Part shown: positions 48,757-61,106 of the stretch, one piece after another
Position numbering within the stretch: the stretch's first letter is position 1
Layout: each line of letters opens with the position of its first letter
NCBI GenBank assembly: GCA_964575305.1
Contig: CAZNPG010000004.1
Coordinates: 5,647-69,646, forward strand
DNA: 64,000 nt
Origin: an uncultured Gammaproteobacteria bacterium
GTDB lineage: Bacteria; Pseudomonadota; Gammaproteobacteria; Magnimaribacterales; TMED112
Direction of reading: 5' to 3'
Notes under the pieces: model-generated
The model's input: the letters and a program-made list of their open reading frames with translations, nothing else
Database searches by the model: none
What the model was told of the DNA's origin: nothing
Program-made: the position numbers and the translations under genes

Positions 48757-50716
48757 GGTCGTTTTTAGCTCTTCTAACTGTTTTTTTCTTAGTAGGCTCT
48801 ATTCTGTTCCCAATATTGTCATCTATTGGTTTAGGAGCAGGAGTAGGCGTCGGTTTAACATTACCGCTTCTTGGTTTTGTTGGTTTTTTAGTAACCTGCT
48901 TTCTAACTGGTTTCTTAGGGCTTTCATTAGTAACTTTAGAATTTTTTTGAACTCTATCGTTACTTTTGAAATTTTTATTTTCCTTAAAATTAGAATTTTT
49001 ATTTCTATTTTGTCTAGGATTCCTTCTTGGATTTTGTTTACCCTTACGTGGGTTATATTTTCTTCTTTGCTTAGGTTTAGGTTTCTCTTCTTCACCTTTA
49101 AAGAAATTAAATAATGAATCCAATAAACCTTTTTTATTAGAATCAATTTTTGGAATATTCCTAAACTCAACATCCTCTACTAATGCTTTATTCTGCTTTT
49201 TTGGAACCTTTACATTATAAGTAGTTCTGTTTTGAAATGCTTTAGAGGACTCCTCAAGTTCATGCTCATAATCAAAATAAGCATTTTTCTTAATCTCAAT
49301 AGTGTAGTTATCATTCTGCTTATAAGGATCAATAAAAGTCATAATCTTGTTAGAAAATTTTCTTTCTAGTTGATCAAGATTAGGTCGATATCTATTAAGA
49401 AGTTCATTTGCTACATTCGGAGAAACCTTCAACATTAAAATGCTTGATTTATTATTTATTGATTTTTCAGTTATAAGTCTAAAGATAGATTCACAAACTG
49501 AAGCAACCGATCTAACCCAAACAGTTTTACCCATAAGGTCATTTAATGCTGGTTTGATTCTTTGTCTAGACATCTCCATTAAACCGAATCGAGATATTTT
49601 ATCTAATTGAATGCGTGCATGATCTTGTTTTGTTGATTCATACATTGCTCTTTCAACCTTTTCATTATTCTTAGGATCTTCCATATCAATAAAATCTATT
49701 ACAATAAGACCACCAAGATCACGAAGCTTAACTTGTTTTCCTATCTCAGAAGCTGCTTCTAGATTGGTTTTAAGCGCAGTCTCTTCTATATCCCCACCCT
49801 TTGTAGATTTAGCAGAATTTATATCAATAGAAGTTAACGCTTCGCCTGAATCAATAACTAATGAAGCTCCAGAGTTGAGTTTTACTTCACGGGAAAAAGC
49901 AGATTCAATTTTTGATTCAATCCCATAGCTTGCAAAAAGTGGAACTTCATCATCGTAAAGTTTAATTTTCTCAATAAAATCTGGAACGATTTTATTTGCG
50001 TAAGTTTTAGCTGAGTTAAAGTCAACTTCATTATCAACTACTAACTCACCAATTTCTTCTTTAAAGTAATCTCTAATTGTTTTCTGTATTAAGCTTTGGT
50101 CAGCATATATTAATTGGCTTGATTTAGAGCCTTTTATAGCAGTTTCTACCTCAACCCATAGTTTTTTTAGGTATTCAAGATCCCATCTGAGTTCTTCAAT
50201 CTGCTTATCTATACCAGCTGTTCTAATTATGACACTCATATTTTGTGGAATATCCAATGCATCAAGTAAGCTTTTAATCTTATCTCTTTCTTCTCCATGT
50301 ATTCTTCTTGAAATACCACCGCCAGTAGGATGATTAGTCATTAGAACGATATATCTGCTAGCAAGTGAAACATATGTAGAAAGGGCAGCCCCCTTATTGA
50401 CTCTCTCTTCTTTCTCAATTTGAACAACAATATCTTCACCTTCTTTAATTTTGAATCTATCCATTCCAGTTTTTGATGGATCAAAATATTCAGGTGAAAG
50501 TTCTTTAAATGGTAGAAAACCATGTCTAGATGAACCAAGTTCAACAAAAATTGCTTCAAGACTACCTTCTATTTTAGTAATCTTACCTTTGTGTATGCTT
50601 CCTTTTTGAAAGTTATTGCCTTCGAACTCAAGATCAAAATCTATGAGTTTATCGCCGTCAATTAATGCACTTCTTCTGCCATTAATTGAATTTGTATCTA
50701 TAAGTATTTTTTTCAT
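48740..50716 (-). CDS. rne: Ribonuclease E (658 aa, short basic C-terminal tail)
   Basis: FVELGSSRHGFLP, KGAALST, IIRTAG, IDINS, DLGGLIVIDFIDM, MSRQR; start moved to ATG 50716. Confidence 0.95.
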   Translation of the reverse strand: MKKILIDTNSINGRRSALIDGDKLIDFDLEFEGNNFQKGSIHKGKITKIEGSLEAIFVELGSSRHGFLPFKELSPEYFDPSKTGMDRFKIKEGEDIVVQIEKEERVNKGAALSTYVSLASRYIVLMTNHPTGGGISRRIHGEERDKIKSLLDALDIPQNMSVIIRTAGIDKQIEELRWDLEYLKKLWVEVETAIKGSKSSQLIYADQSLIQKTIRDYFKEEIGELVVDNEVDFNSAKTYANKIVPDFIEKIKLYDDEVPLFASYGIESKIESAFSREVKLNSGASLVIDSGEALTSIDINSAKSTKGGDIEETALKTNLEAASEIGKQVKLRDLGGLIVIDFIDMEDPKNNEKVERAMYESTKQDHARIQLDKISRFGLMEMSRQRIKPALNDLMGKTVWVRSVASVCESIFRLITEKSINNKSSILMLKVSPNVANELLNRYRPNLDQLERKFSNKIMTFIDPYKQNDNYTIEIKKNAYFDYEHELEESSKAFQNRTTYNVKVPKKQNKALVEDVEFRNIPKIDSNKKGLLDSLFNFFKGEEEKPKPKQRRKYNPRKGKQNPRRNPRQNRNKNSNFKENKNFKSNDRVQKNSKVTNESPKKPVRKQVTKKPTKPRSGNVKPTPTPAPKPIDDNIGNRIEPTKKKTVRRAKNDPRAGS

Positions 50717-50735
50717 TTTATCCTTTGTTAAAAAG

Positions 50736-50820
50736 GATAAGAACAACGGATTATGCTTGCATTCTCTCTGGAATTAGCATTCTTTTGATATTGATTAATC
50801 TAAATATTGTTGTTCTTATC
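50736..50820 (-). promoter_or_regulatory. Structured rne 5' leader element
   Basis: 12-bp inverted repeat GATAAGAACAAC/GTTGTTCTTATC enclosing two smaller hairpins, 20 nt from the start codon. Confidence 0.55.
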
Positions 50821-50899
50821 ATTATATTTGTAACTATTTGCCTACTTTTTAATAAATTTTGTTTTTCGTTGTAAGCTAAGGTGGTTATTTTACAGCAAA

Positions 50900-51808
50900 A
50901 TGAGTGAAATTAATTTTTTTATTGTAAATAAAGATAATGATGGCCGAAGGCTAGATAATTATCTTTTCAGCCAATTCAAGAAAGGCATACCAAAATCTAA
51001 AATTTATAGTTCAGTACGTAAAGCTAAAATTAAAGTAAATGGCAAAAAAGCTAAGCCTGATCAAAAAGTTAAAGATGGCGATAAGGTTACATACCCTTTG
51101 TTAGTGCAAAAATCTAATATAAGCGATTCTCCAAATCTCCAGGAACATTTAAACCTGATAAAAAATTCTATCCTTTACGATTCAAAAAATTTTATCGTGA
51201 TTAATAAGCCTCCAAACTATGCAGTTCATGGTGGTTCTGGATTAAATTTCGGTATTATTGAGATAGTCAGAAAACTTTACAAATATTCAGAAAACTTTAA
51301 TCTTGCACATCGGTTAGACAAATCTACCAGTGGCTGTCTGATTATTTCTAAGAAAATGTCTTCTTTAAGAGACATACATAAGCAATTTAGAGAAAGATCT
51401 ATTAAAAAAATATATCAATGTATCGTATTAGGAGAATGGCCACATGATCTAAAAAAAGTAAAAAATAAGTTAGATACAAAGAAAGTCGACAAGAAAGAGC
51501 AGAAAACATTCAGATCAGACAGTGGCAAAGAATCACTAACTACATTTAAGATAGAACAACATTTCGATAAATTTACCCAACTCATTGCTATGCCTCATAC
51601 AGGCAGAACTCATCAAATTAGATTTCACTGTTATGATTCAGGATATCCAATAATAGGCGATAGAAAATATTCCAATGATATGTCAAAAACTTTATCAAAG
51701 AGATTGATGTTGCATGCAAAACAGATTGAGTTTCAGGATAACGGTGAAAAAATCATTATCTCCACTGATGATGATTATGGTTTATCAGATTTTAAAAAGA
51801 GTACTTAA
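50900..51808 (+). CDS. rluC: 23S rRNA pseudouridine synthase RluC
   Basis: S4 domain (GRRLDNYL), VHGGSG, HRLDKSTSG, TGRTHQIR; divergent from rne. Confidence 0.92.
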   Translation: MSEINFFIVNKDNDGRRLDNYLFSQFKKGIPKSKIYSSVRKAKIKVNGKKAKPDQKVKDGDKVTYPLLVQKSNISDSPNLQEHLNLIKNSILYDSKNFIVINKPPNYAVHGGSGLNFGIIEIVRKLYKYSENFNLAHRLDKSTSGCLIISKKMSSLRDIHKQFRERSIKKIYQCIVLGEWPHDLKKVKNKLDTKKVDKKEQKTFRSDSGKESLTTFKIEQHFDKFTQLIAMPHTGRTHQIRFHCYDSGYPIIGDRKYSNDMSKTLSKRLMLHAKQIEFQDNGEKIIISTDDDYGLSDFKKST

Positions 51809-52130
51809 AAAGCGTTACATTTATAGTCGTGTTAGCTTTGGAATTGATTTTAATTTCATCGAAGGGAAGGATTTGAAGATTTGATGTTTCCATAAGAGCT
51901 TTAGGTTCTGCATCAAAGTATTCATAAGCACCCCAAAACAATAAACCAAGAACAATTACTGCTGTTGCTTCTGTATCACTACTTGGACATCTGCCAAGGC
52001 TTTCAACGGGGCCGCTATCTTGATAAACAATTTTTTTCCACCCAATTCCTTCAATGTATTCTTCCTCACAGGAATAAGGAAAAAGAGAAAAAGATAAAAA
52101 AGCAATTAATAAAATATATATATTTTTCAT
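51792..52130 (-). CDS. Hypothetical exported/membrane protein
   Basis: Signal-peptide-like N-terminus and an internal hydrophobic segment. Confidence 0.55.
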   Translation of the reverse strand: MKNIYILLIAFLSFSLFPYSCEEEYIEGIGWKKIVYQDSGPVESLGRCPSSDTEATAVIVLGLLFWGAYEYFDAEPKALMETSNLQILPFDEIKINSKANTTINVTLFKYSF

Positions 52131-52207
52131 TACTTCTTTTTTTTTGTAATAAGCATATAACCACCGCCGAGCAGCACAATTAATGCAATAAGTAATCCTG
52201 AATCCAT
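52130..52207 (-). CDS. 25-aa single-pass membrane peptide
   Basis: Hand translation MDSGLLIALIVLLGGGYMLITKKKK*; TAATG overlap with the next gene. Confidence 0.55.
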   Translation of the reverse strand: MDSGLLIALIVLLGGGYMLITKKKK

Positions 52208-52248
52208 AAGCTGATTCTAAAATAAATCTAATAACAAATTCAATAAAC

Positions 52249-52333
52249 TGGTAGGGATGAACGGACTTGAACCGTTACGCTTTGCAGCATGCGAGTTTGA
52301 GTCGCACGTGTCTACCAATTCCACCACATCCCC
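52249..52333 (-). tRNA. tRNA-Leu(CAA)
   Basis: GGGGATGTGGTGGAATTGGTAGAC...TGCGA-CTCAAAC-TCGCA, variable arm, ...CATCCCTACCA. Confidence 0.94.
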
Positions 52334-52338
52334 GTAAT

Positions 52339-52347
52339 TGGTATGAT
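52339..52347 (+). promoter_or_regulatory. Extended -10 element for leaderless queA
   Basis: TG-G-TATGAT, 7 nt upstream of ATG 52355. Confidence 0.6.
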
Positions 52348-52354
52348 ACAACCT

Positions 52355-54507
<2,153 letters not shown>

Positions 54508-54515
54508 GAGAAATA

Positions 54516-54818
54516 ATGAATGAAGCAGCAGGACCAACTTTTGTCCCTTTTTTAATGTTATTAGTATTCTTTTTATTTATATACTTTGTAACAATTAGAC
54601 CACAACAAAAAAGACAAAAAGAGCATGAGAGCCTTGTATCTAGCCTTGAAAAAGGAGACGAAGTGATGACTTCCTCTGGACTTGTTGGCAAGATCGAGAA
54701 TGTAAAAGATAGATATGTAAGCGTTAAATTAGGCGATCAAATTTCTATAAACATGCAGAAAGAATTTATATCTTCAAAACTACCTAAGGGCACAATTAAT
54801 AGCATTGAATCACAGTGA
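54516..54818 (+). CDS. yajC: Preprotein translocase subunit YajC
   Basis: IRPQQKRQK, KGDEV, GLVG. Confidence 0.93.
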   Translation: MNEAAGPTFVPFLMLLVFFLFIYFVTIRPQQKRQKEHESLVSSLEKGDEVMTSSGLVGKIENVKDRYVSVKLGDQISINMQKEFISSKLPKGTINSIESQ

Positions 54819-56653
54819 ACAAATATAAAATTTGGCAAATAATCTTAATTTACTCTGTTTTGGTATTCGGAGTAATTTTTGCATTACCAAATTTTTTTCC
54901 AACTAAGCCAGCAATTCAGATTGCTTTTGGCGATTCAGCAAGAGTCTTAAATACTAATATTGTTGCGGATATAACAAGAGAACTAGATTCAAAAAATATT
55001 CCATTTGTTGAAATTGAACAATCAGATAATTCAGCGAAAGTAATTTTTGATGATGTTGAAAGCCAGCTAGCTGGTAGAAGAATTTTAGCTAATTACTCTG
55101 AAGGCGAATTTATAATTGCACTCAATTCAGAACCCTCTACACCAGATTGGCTCAGTTCCATTGGTGGAAAACCAATCAATCTAGGTCTTGATTTGGCTGG
55201 TGGTATTCATTTTTTACTAGAAGTTGATACTGATAGATATTCATCAGAAAGACTTTCATCAGAAGGAGCATCATTTGTAGAAGAATTTTCTAAGAGAAAT
55301 ATGAATACTAACTACACAAGCAATGATAATAAAATTGATATTTCCTTTAAGAATTTCGACGAATTGTCTATGGCTAGAGATTATTTAGATCAAAATAATT
55401 TCACTACTTCTGGCGCGAAATACAATATTTTGCAAAACAACAATAATCTTGAACTTCAATACACTGATAATTATTTATCTGAAATTGTTGACTACGCAGT
55501 AGAGCAAAACCTTGTTGCATTGCGTAATAGGGTAAATGAACTTGGTGTATCGGAGCCAATTGTTCAAAGAGAAGGTAAGGGGCGAATTGTTGTTGAACTA
55601 CCTGGAGTACAAGATTCTGCTTCTGCTAAAAAAATTATTGGTAAAACTGCCAACCTTGAATTTCGATTAGAAGCGAGACCAACAGATTCATTCCTAAGGA
55701 AAGAAAAATTTAATTTCAAAAACTCTTCTGCCAGAACTGTTTTTCTAGAAAAAGTAATTGTTATTTCAGGTGACAATGTAACAAATGCACAAAGCAGCTT
55801 TGATGAGAATGGTAGACCTCAAGTAAATATTAATCTTGATATCGATGGCGGCAGATCTATTCAGAGTGCAACAAAGGACAACATAGGCAGAAGGTTAGGA
55901 GTAGTCTTAGTAGAAGAAAAGACTAAAACATTTTTTGATGATGACAATAATGTGCGCCAAGAAACATACACAGAAAAAAGCGTTATTAGTAATGCAACAA
56001 TTCAAGCGGCATTAGGAACATCATTTAGAATTACTGGTTTATCTACAAGCAATGAAGCCAGTGAATTGGCACTATTGCTCAGAGCCGGTGCATTAGCAGC
56101 ACCAATGAAATTCGTAGAGGAACAAACAATAGGCCCAACACTAGGCCAAGAGAATATAGATAAAGGTTTAAATTCAGTAATTGTTGGATTTATATTGGTT
56201 TTTATTTTTATGTTTATCAGATATAGATTGTTTGGTTTATCTGCAAATATTGCTCTTATATCAAACCTTGTACTAGTTACAGCAATAATGTCCTTAGTTG
56301 GAGCCACACTTACACTGCCAGGTATAGCAGGAATAGTTCTGACCGTTGGTATGGCTGTTGATGCCAATGTTTTAATCTTTGCCAGAATATCAGAAGAATT
56401 AAAAGCTAATGTAGAAACCCAACAAGCTATAAAAAATGGATTTGCAAAAGCTTTTAGTACAATTATTGATGCAAATATTACAACTCTTTTGGTGGCTGTA
56501 ATTTTATATTCTATTGGAACAGGCCCGATTAAAGGATTTGCGGTAACACTAAGCATTGGAATAATAACCTCTGTATTTACAGCTATTTTTGTAACCAGAT
56601 CTTTGGTTAATTTTATTTATGGTTACAGACATGTTGAGGAGTTAAAAGTTTAA
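54815..56653 (+). CDS. secD: Protein translocase subunit SecD
   Basis: LGLDLAGG, RNRVNELGV, IGPTLG, GMAVDANVLI; GTG start. Confidence 0.95.
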   Translation: MNKYKIWQIILIYSVLVFGVIFALPNFFPTKPAIQIAFGDSARVLNTNIVADITRELDSKNIPFVEIEQSDNSAKVIFDDVESQLAGRRILANYSEGEFIIALNSEPSTPDWLSSIGGKPINLGLDLAGGIHFLLEVDTDRYSSERLSSEGASFVEEFSKRNMNTNYTSNDNKIDISFKNFDELSMARDYLDQNNFTTSGAKYNILQNNNNLELQYTDNYLSEIVDYAVEQNLVALRNRVNELGVSEPIVQREGKGRIVVELPGVQDSASAKKIIGKTANLEFRLEARPTDSFLRKEKFNFKNSSARTVFLEKVIVISGDNVTNAQSSFDENGRPQVNINLDIDGGRSIQSATKDNIGRRLGVVLVEEKTKTFFDDDNNVRQETYTEKSVISNATIQAALGTSFRITGLSTSNEASELALLLRAGALAAPMKFVEEQTIGPTLGQENIDKGLNSVIVGFILVFIFMFIRYRLFGLSANIALISNLVLVTAIMSLVGATLTLPGIAGIVLTVGMAVDANVLIFARISEELKANVETQQAIKNGFAKAFSTIIDANITTLLVAVILYSIGTGPIKGFAVTLSIGIITSVFTAIFVTRSLVNFIYGYRHVEELKV

Positions 56654-57564
56654 TGAATATACCATTCATCAAATACAACAGAATTGGCATCATGCTTTCA
56701 GCGGGTTTGATATTAATTACACTAATTTCATTGCTTGGTAGAGGATTAAACTTAGGCTTAGATTTTACAGGCGGTGTCTCTATTGAGATGAAATATGAAC
56801 AGAAGGCAGATCTAGCAAAAATTCGTAATAGCATTTCAAAAATAGACAATGCTAATTTTGTTGTTTTAAATTTTGGCAGTGATAACAATGTTTTGATTAA
56901 ATTTCAAAGCGATGAAGAGCTGAGCATTAATGCTCAAACTGTTATAGATCAACTTACAGAAGACGAATATTTAGGAGAAGTAGTAAAATCTGAAACAATC
57001 TTCCCTCAAATTGGAGAAGAATTAAGAGATCAAGGAGGCATAGCTATATTAGTAGCAATGCTAGTTATTCTTGTTTACATAATATTTAGATTCCAAATCA
57101 AATTTGGTTATGGAGCAATTGCTGCACTTTTTCATGATGTCTTGATCATTTTAGGTATATTTTCAATCTTTAATTTAACTTTTGATCTATCGGTTTTAGC
57201 AGCATTGCTTGCGGTTGTTGGATACTCTCTAAATGACTCAATAGTTGTTTCAGATAGGATTAGAGAGAACTTTTTAGATGAAAACAAAAAGGGAAGCTCC
57301 GAAGTACTATTAAACGATTCTTTAAACCAGGTATTCGCTCGTACTATCATTACTTCATTTACAACTTTACTAGTATTGATTGCATTGTTGGTTGCTGGTG
57401 GAGAAGCATTAAAGAACTTTAGTTTAGCTTTAGCAGCTGGCGTAATAGTTGGATCTTATTCTTCAATCTTTATTGTTGTAAGAGTCTTGCTCTTAACTGG
57501 ATTATCTAAAAAGGATATGGAAAAACCTAAGAATGAACCCGAAGAATCTTATTCTTTAGATTGA
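56653..57564 (+). CDS. secF: Protein translocase subunit SecF
   Basis: LGLDFTGG, FHDV, GYSLNDSIVVSDRIRE, RTIITS. Confidence 0.95.
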   Translation: MNIPFIKYNRIGIMLSAGLILITLISLLGRGLNLGLDFTGGVSIEMKYEQKADLAKIRNSISKIDNANFVVLNFGSDNNVLIKFQSDEELSINAQTVIDQLTEDEYLGEVVKSETIFPQIGEELRDQGGIAILVAMLVILVYIIFRFQIKFGYGAIAALFHDVLIILGIFSIFNLTFDLSVLAALLAVVGYSLNDSIVVSDRIRENFLDENKKGSSEVLLNDSLNQVFARTIITSFTTLLVLIALLVAGGEALKNFSLALAAGVIVGSYSSIFIVVRVLLLTGLSKKDMEKPKNEPEESYSLD

Positions 57565-58355
57565 AATCCTGCTCTTACACACTTAGATAACTCTTTAAAG
57601 CATTTTGGTGTAGCAATTATCATATGATCTGATTTATAGGTATCAGGCGTGCCTGTAAAATCTGATATTAAACATCCTGATGACTGAGCTATAAATAACG
57701 CAGCTAATCTGTCCCAAGGTTTTAGACCATGTCCCCAGAAACCATCCAATTTTCCAGCTGCACAGTATGCGATATCTAGAGAGGTGCAACCAGACCTTCT
57801 TACAGTAACATTGAAATCATTTAATAATTTATAAGTTTCTAATGGGTTATATGTATAGTTTTGATCTTTGTTTGTATGGCCGGTCGAACTTAAAAGGGCA
57901 TTAGATAGTTGTGTTTTATTGCTTGCACGAATTCTTTTATTATTAAGCAATGCTCCAGTGCCTTCACCAGCACAGAATACATGGTCACGTACAGGATCTA
58001 TTATTACTGCACAAATTACTTTACCTTCTCTTACACATGCAAGAGAGAGAGCGTAGTGAGGATATTGATATATATAATTTCTAGTGCCATCAATAGGATC
58101 TAGAATCCATGTGCATTCTTTATCATCAATTCCATCTGTACCAGTTTCTTCACCAAGGTAGCCAAAATCAGGATAATATTGTTTTAAATTTTCAAATACC
58201 TTTTCTTCAACGTACTGATCTAAATTAGTTGTGAAATCATTTTCACCCTTCTTTATGACTTTTAGATTATCAATTCTCTTACTAAATTGTATTATTTCAT
58301 TTGCACCTTCATATGCAGCATTAAGAGCTCTATTTAGAATTGGGGGTAAAGACAT
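57549..58355 (-). CDS. suhB: Inositol monophosphatase family protein SuhB
   Basis: GEE, WILDPIDGT, GLKPWD; divergent from trmJ. Confidence 0.9.
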   Translation of the reverse strand: MSLPPILNRALNAAYEGANEIIQFSKRIDNLKVIKKGENDFTTNLDQYVEEKVFENLKQYYPDFGYLGEETGTDGIDDKECTWILDPIDGTRNYIYQYPHYALSLACVREGKVICAVIIDPVRDHVFCAGEGTGALLNNKRIRASNKTQLSNALLSSTGHTNKDQNYTYNPLETYKLLNDFNVTVRRSGCTSLDIAYCAAGKLDGFWGHGLKPWDRLAALFIAQSSGCLISDFTGTPDTYKSDHMIIATPKCFKELSKCVRAGFQSKE

Positions 58356-58367
58356 AGACAATATATT

Positions 58368-59105
58368 ATGAGTTTAAACAAACAAGTCAAAATTATTCTT
58401 ATTGAAACTTCTAATTCAGCCAATATTGGTTCAGCTTTAAGAGCAATGAAAACTATGTCATTTACAAAATTATGTTTAGTTAATCCAAAAGATTATCCAT
58501 CAGAACAAGTTGAAACCTTGGCAGCAAATGCTAAAGATCTAATTGAAGATATAGAGGTAGTTAAGAGTATAGATGAAGCCTTAGAAGGCTTAAATTTTGT
58601 GATAGGAACTTCATCAAGAACACGTAAAGTGCCTTGGCCTAATGAACCATTAGATGAAGTATCACCAAAAATAATAAATGAGTCTAACGAGGGCAAGAAT
58701 ATAGGAATACTCTTTGGGCGCGAAGATAGAGGGTTAACAAACGATGAATTACAAAGGTGTAATTTGCATGTTCATATTCCAGCAAATGAAAGTTACCCTG
58801 TTTTAAATATAGCTATGGCAGTTCAAGTTGTTTGTTATCAGCTTTATATAGATTCACATAAAAATGCTATAGCCAATAAAAGTAGTTATTGGGATGTACC
58901 TTTAGCAGAAAGTAATCATGTAGAACGACTTATTAATCATTTTGTTGAAGTTGCAGCTGAATTAGAAGTTTTCAATAAAGGCAATCCAAGACAAATAGGT
59001 GCAAGAATAAAAAGAATGTTTACTCGAATAGGTCTTGATGAAATGGAAGTTAATTTCTTTCGTGGATTCTTAGGAGCAGTGGAAAAGAAGCTTAAAAATA
59101 AATAA
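58368..59105 (+). CDS. trmJ: tRNA C32/U32 2'-O-methyltransferase TrmJ
   Basis: NIGSALRAMK, GTSSR, FGREDRGLTN, VLNIAMAVQ. Confidence 0.92.
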   Translation: MSLNKQVKIILIETSNSANIGSALRAMKTMSFTKLCLVNPKDYPSEQVETLAANAKDLIEDIEVVKSIDEALEGLNFVIGTSSRTRKVPWPNEPLDEVSPKIINESNEGKNIGILFGREDRGLTNDELQRCNLHVHIPANESYPVLNIAMAVQVVCYQLYIDSHKNAIANKSSYWDVPLAESNHVERLINHFVEVAAELEVFNKGNPRQIGARIKRMFTRIGLDEMEVNFFRGFLGAVEKKLKNK

Positions 59106-59144
59106 CTTTAAAATTTAAAAATTGTAACTATAATTACCGAATGT

Positions 59145-59220
<76 letters not shown>

Positions 59221-59290
59221 TTTTTCTAAATTGGCGTCTTGACACATAAAAGTCATAAAATTCATATAGAATAAAAATTAAGGAGATATT

Positions 59291-59722
59291 ATGAAATATT
59301 TTTTAATTTTACTTACTTTATCTTTTAGTGCTTTAAGCCAAGAATCATCAAGAGAGTGGGCACCCGGTGTTTGGGAGTTAACAACTGTAGATGTAGAAGA
59401 TGGCTATATGAGTGATTATATGGATGGATTAGAGCAGACCTGGATACCAGCTGCTAAAATTCAGAAAGAAATGGGAATAATTACTGATTACAATGTATGG
59501 GTCAGCAATAATAACGTAGCTTATCTTGCTCTTTATTACCCAAATCATGCGAGTATGGATCCATGGACTGAAGACCAGCAAACTGAGTTTGCCGAAAAGC
59601 TAGAGGCTTATCGAGAAATGAAAGGTTTTGATCCAGAGGACTACGAAAAATTATCAAGTACTTATAAAGATTTACGTGACATAAGAAGTGTTCAACTTAC
59701 TTATGGTATAAATTTTAACTAA
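59291..59722 (+). CDS. Hypothetical secreted protein (possible NIPSNAP-like fold)
   Basis: Signal peptide; strong TAAGGAG RBS. Confidence 0.7.
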   Translation: MKYFLILLTLSFSALSQESSREWAPGVWELTTVDVEDGYMSDYMDGLEQTWIPAAKIQKEMGIITDYNVWVSNNNVAYLALYYPNHASMDPWTEDQQTEFAEKLEAYREMKGFDPEDYEKLSSTYKDLRDIRSVQLTYGINFN

Positions 59723-59738
59723 AGATTATAGTGCGGCT

Positions 59739-60122
59739 TTGCCGCACTTTTTTATGGACATAATTTTAGTACCAATTCTTTATTACACCTTCTTTGGTTT
59801 TCTAATTGTTTTCTCATTAATAAATAATATTCAAATTACAAAAAAATTAATTAACCAATCATATATCTTTTATTTATACGCATCAGTAGAACTTATAATA
59901 GCTTCTTTAGTGGTTATATATTCCTCATCTCAAGGCAATTATATTCTGTTAACAATTGGCTTATTACTGTTCTTATCATCGGTTTATTCTTTTTGGAAAA
60001 GAGAAGAATTATTGGTTCAGGTTGACGAACTAGGAAACCAATATGAATATATTGGCGCTTTCATCTGTTTCTTTCTTGTGGCTCTTATATATTTTTTTGA
60101 TTCTACCTCATCAGTAACATAA
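59739..60122 (+). CDS. Hypothetical membrane protein (start may be ATG 59754)
   Basis: About four hydrophobic segments. Confidence 0.55.
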   Translation: MPHFFMDIILVPILYYTFFGFLIVFSLINNIQITKKLINQSYIFYLYASVELIIASLVVIYSSSQGNYILLTIGLLLFLSSVYSFWKREELLVQVDELGNQYEYIGAFICFFLVALIYFFDSTSSVT

Positions 60123-60134
60123 TATTCATTGCTG

Positions 60135-61067
60135 ATGTTTCGAAAGATTTTATTAATTTCTGCCATTCTTTTTATAGGTTTTGTTCTATATGTATCTACA
60201 TATTACAAATCAGGGATTAACACACTTAGACCAAACCCAAATAATGAAACTATTTCATACAAACCTATTACAGAAGACCTTACTAATAAAAGAAATTATT
60301 TTACATGGATAGGTCAAGCAACAGTTCTAATGAACATCGATGAAAAAAATATTTTATTTGATCCGATATTCAGTGAAAGAGCATCACCTCTAAAGAATAT
60401 TGGGCCAAAAAGGAATATTCCCCCAGCCATTACTATTAACAACCTTCCAAAAATTGATCTCATAGTCATTTCACATAACCATTATGATCATTTAGACCTT
60501 CAATCGTTAAAAGATATTCAAAATATTAATCCACAAGTAAATATATTTGTGCCAAATGGTGACCTAAGCCTTCTGAAAAGTAATGGTCTAAATAATATTA
60601 AGGAATTTGAATGGTGGGAGACTCAAGCTTTGTTTAATTTTTCTATCATTTTTGTTCCTACAAAACATTGGTCAGCTAGAGGACTATTTGATAGAAATAA
60701 AAGTTTATGGGGTGGTTGGGTGATTAAGTCTCAGTCTAAAACTATATTACATATTGGTGATACAGCTTATGCAGATTATTTTCAAAATTTTCCGCTCAAA
60801 CTCGGGCAAATCGATATAACTTTTATGCCCATAGGATCGTATTTTCCAAGAGATATAGAAGCTGAATATCATGTTGATCCATATGAAGCCATACAATTAG
60901 CAAGAGAGCTAGATTCAAAATATACCTATGGAATTCACTGGGGAGGTATATTTTTCACACAGGAACCTACTTATGAGCCTCAAGAAATTATAGACAAAGA
61001 AATGTTAATAGACCCAACTTTAAATTTTCATACCTCGATACCGGGTATTATTTTTGACATGCCTTAA
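60135..61067 (+). CDS. Membrane-anchored MBL-fold hydrolase (NAPE-PLD/RomA-like)
   Basis: WIGQAT, DPIFS, SHNHYDH, HWSARG, GDTAY, HWG. Confidence 0.85.
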   Translation: MFRKILLISAILFIGFVLYVSTYYKSGINTLRPNPNNETISYKPITEDLTNKRNYFTWIGQATVLMNIDEKNILFDPIFSERASPLKNIGPKRNIPPAITINNLPKIDLIVISHNHYDHLDLQSLKDIQNINPQVNIFVPNGDLSLLKSNGLNNIKEFEWWETQALFNFSIIFVPTKHWSARGLFDRNKSLWGGWVIKSQSKTILHIGDTAYADYFQNFPLKLGQIDITFMPIGSYFPRDIEAEYHVDPYEAIQLARELDSKYTYGIHWGGIFFTQEPTYEPQEIIDKEMLIDPTLNFHTSIPGIIFDMP

Positions 61068-61096
61068 TTGAGAATGATTCTCATTTAGAGTATTAT
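61068..61096 (+). promoter_or_regulatory. Sigma70 promoter with overlapping Fur box
   Basis: TTGAGA-17 nt-TATTAT; perfect TGAGAAT-G-ATTCTCA palindrome at 61069-61083. Confidence 0.8.
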
Positions 61097-61106
61097 TTGA
61101 ATCCTT

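Noticed and set aside
48823-49220. ORFs over the RNase E tail as overprinted genes
   Set aside because: Low-complexity Lys/Arg/Asn codons leave alternative frames open; no RBS or recognisable motif
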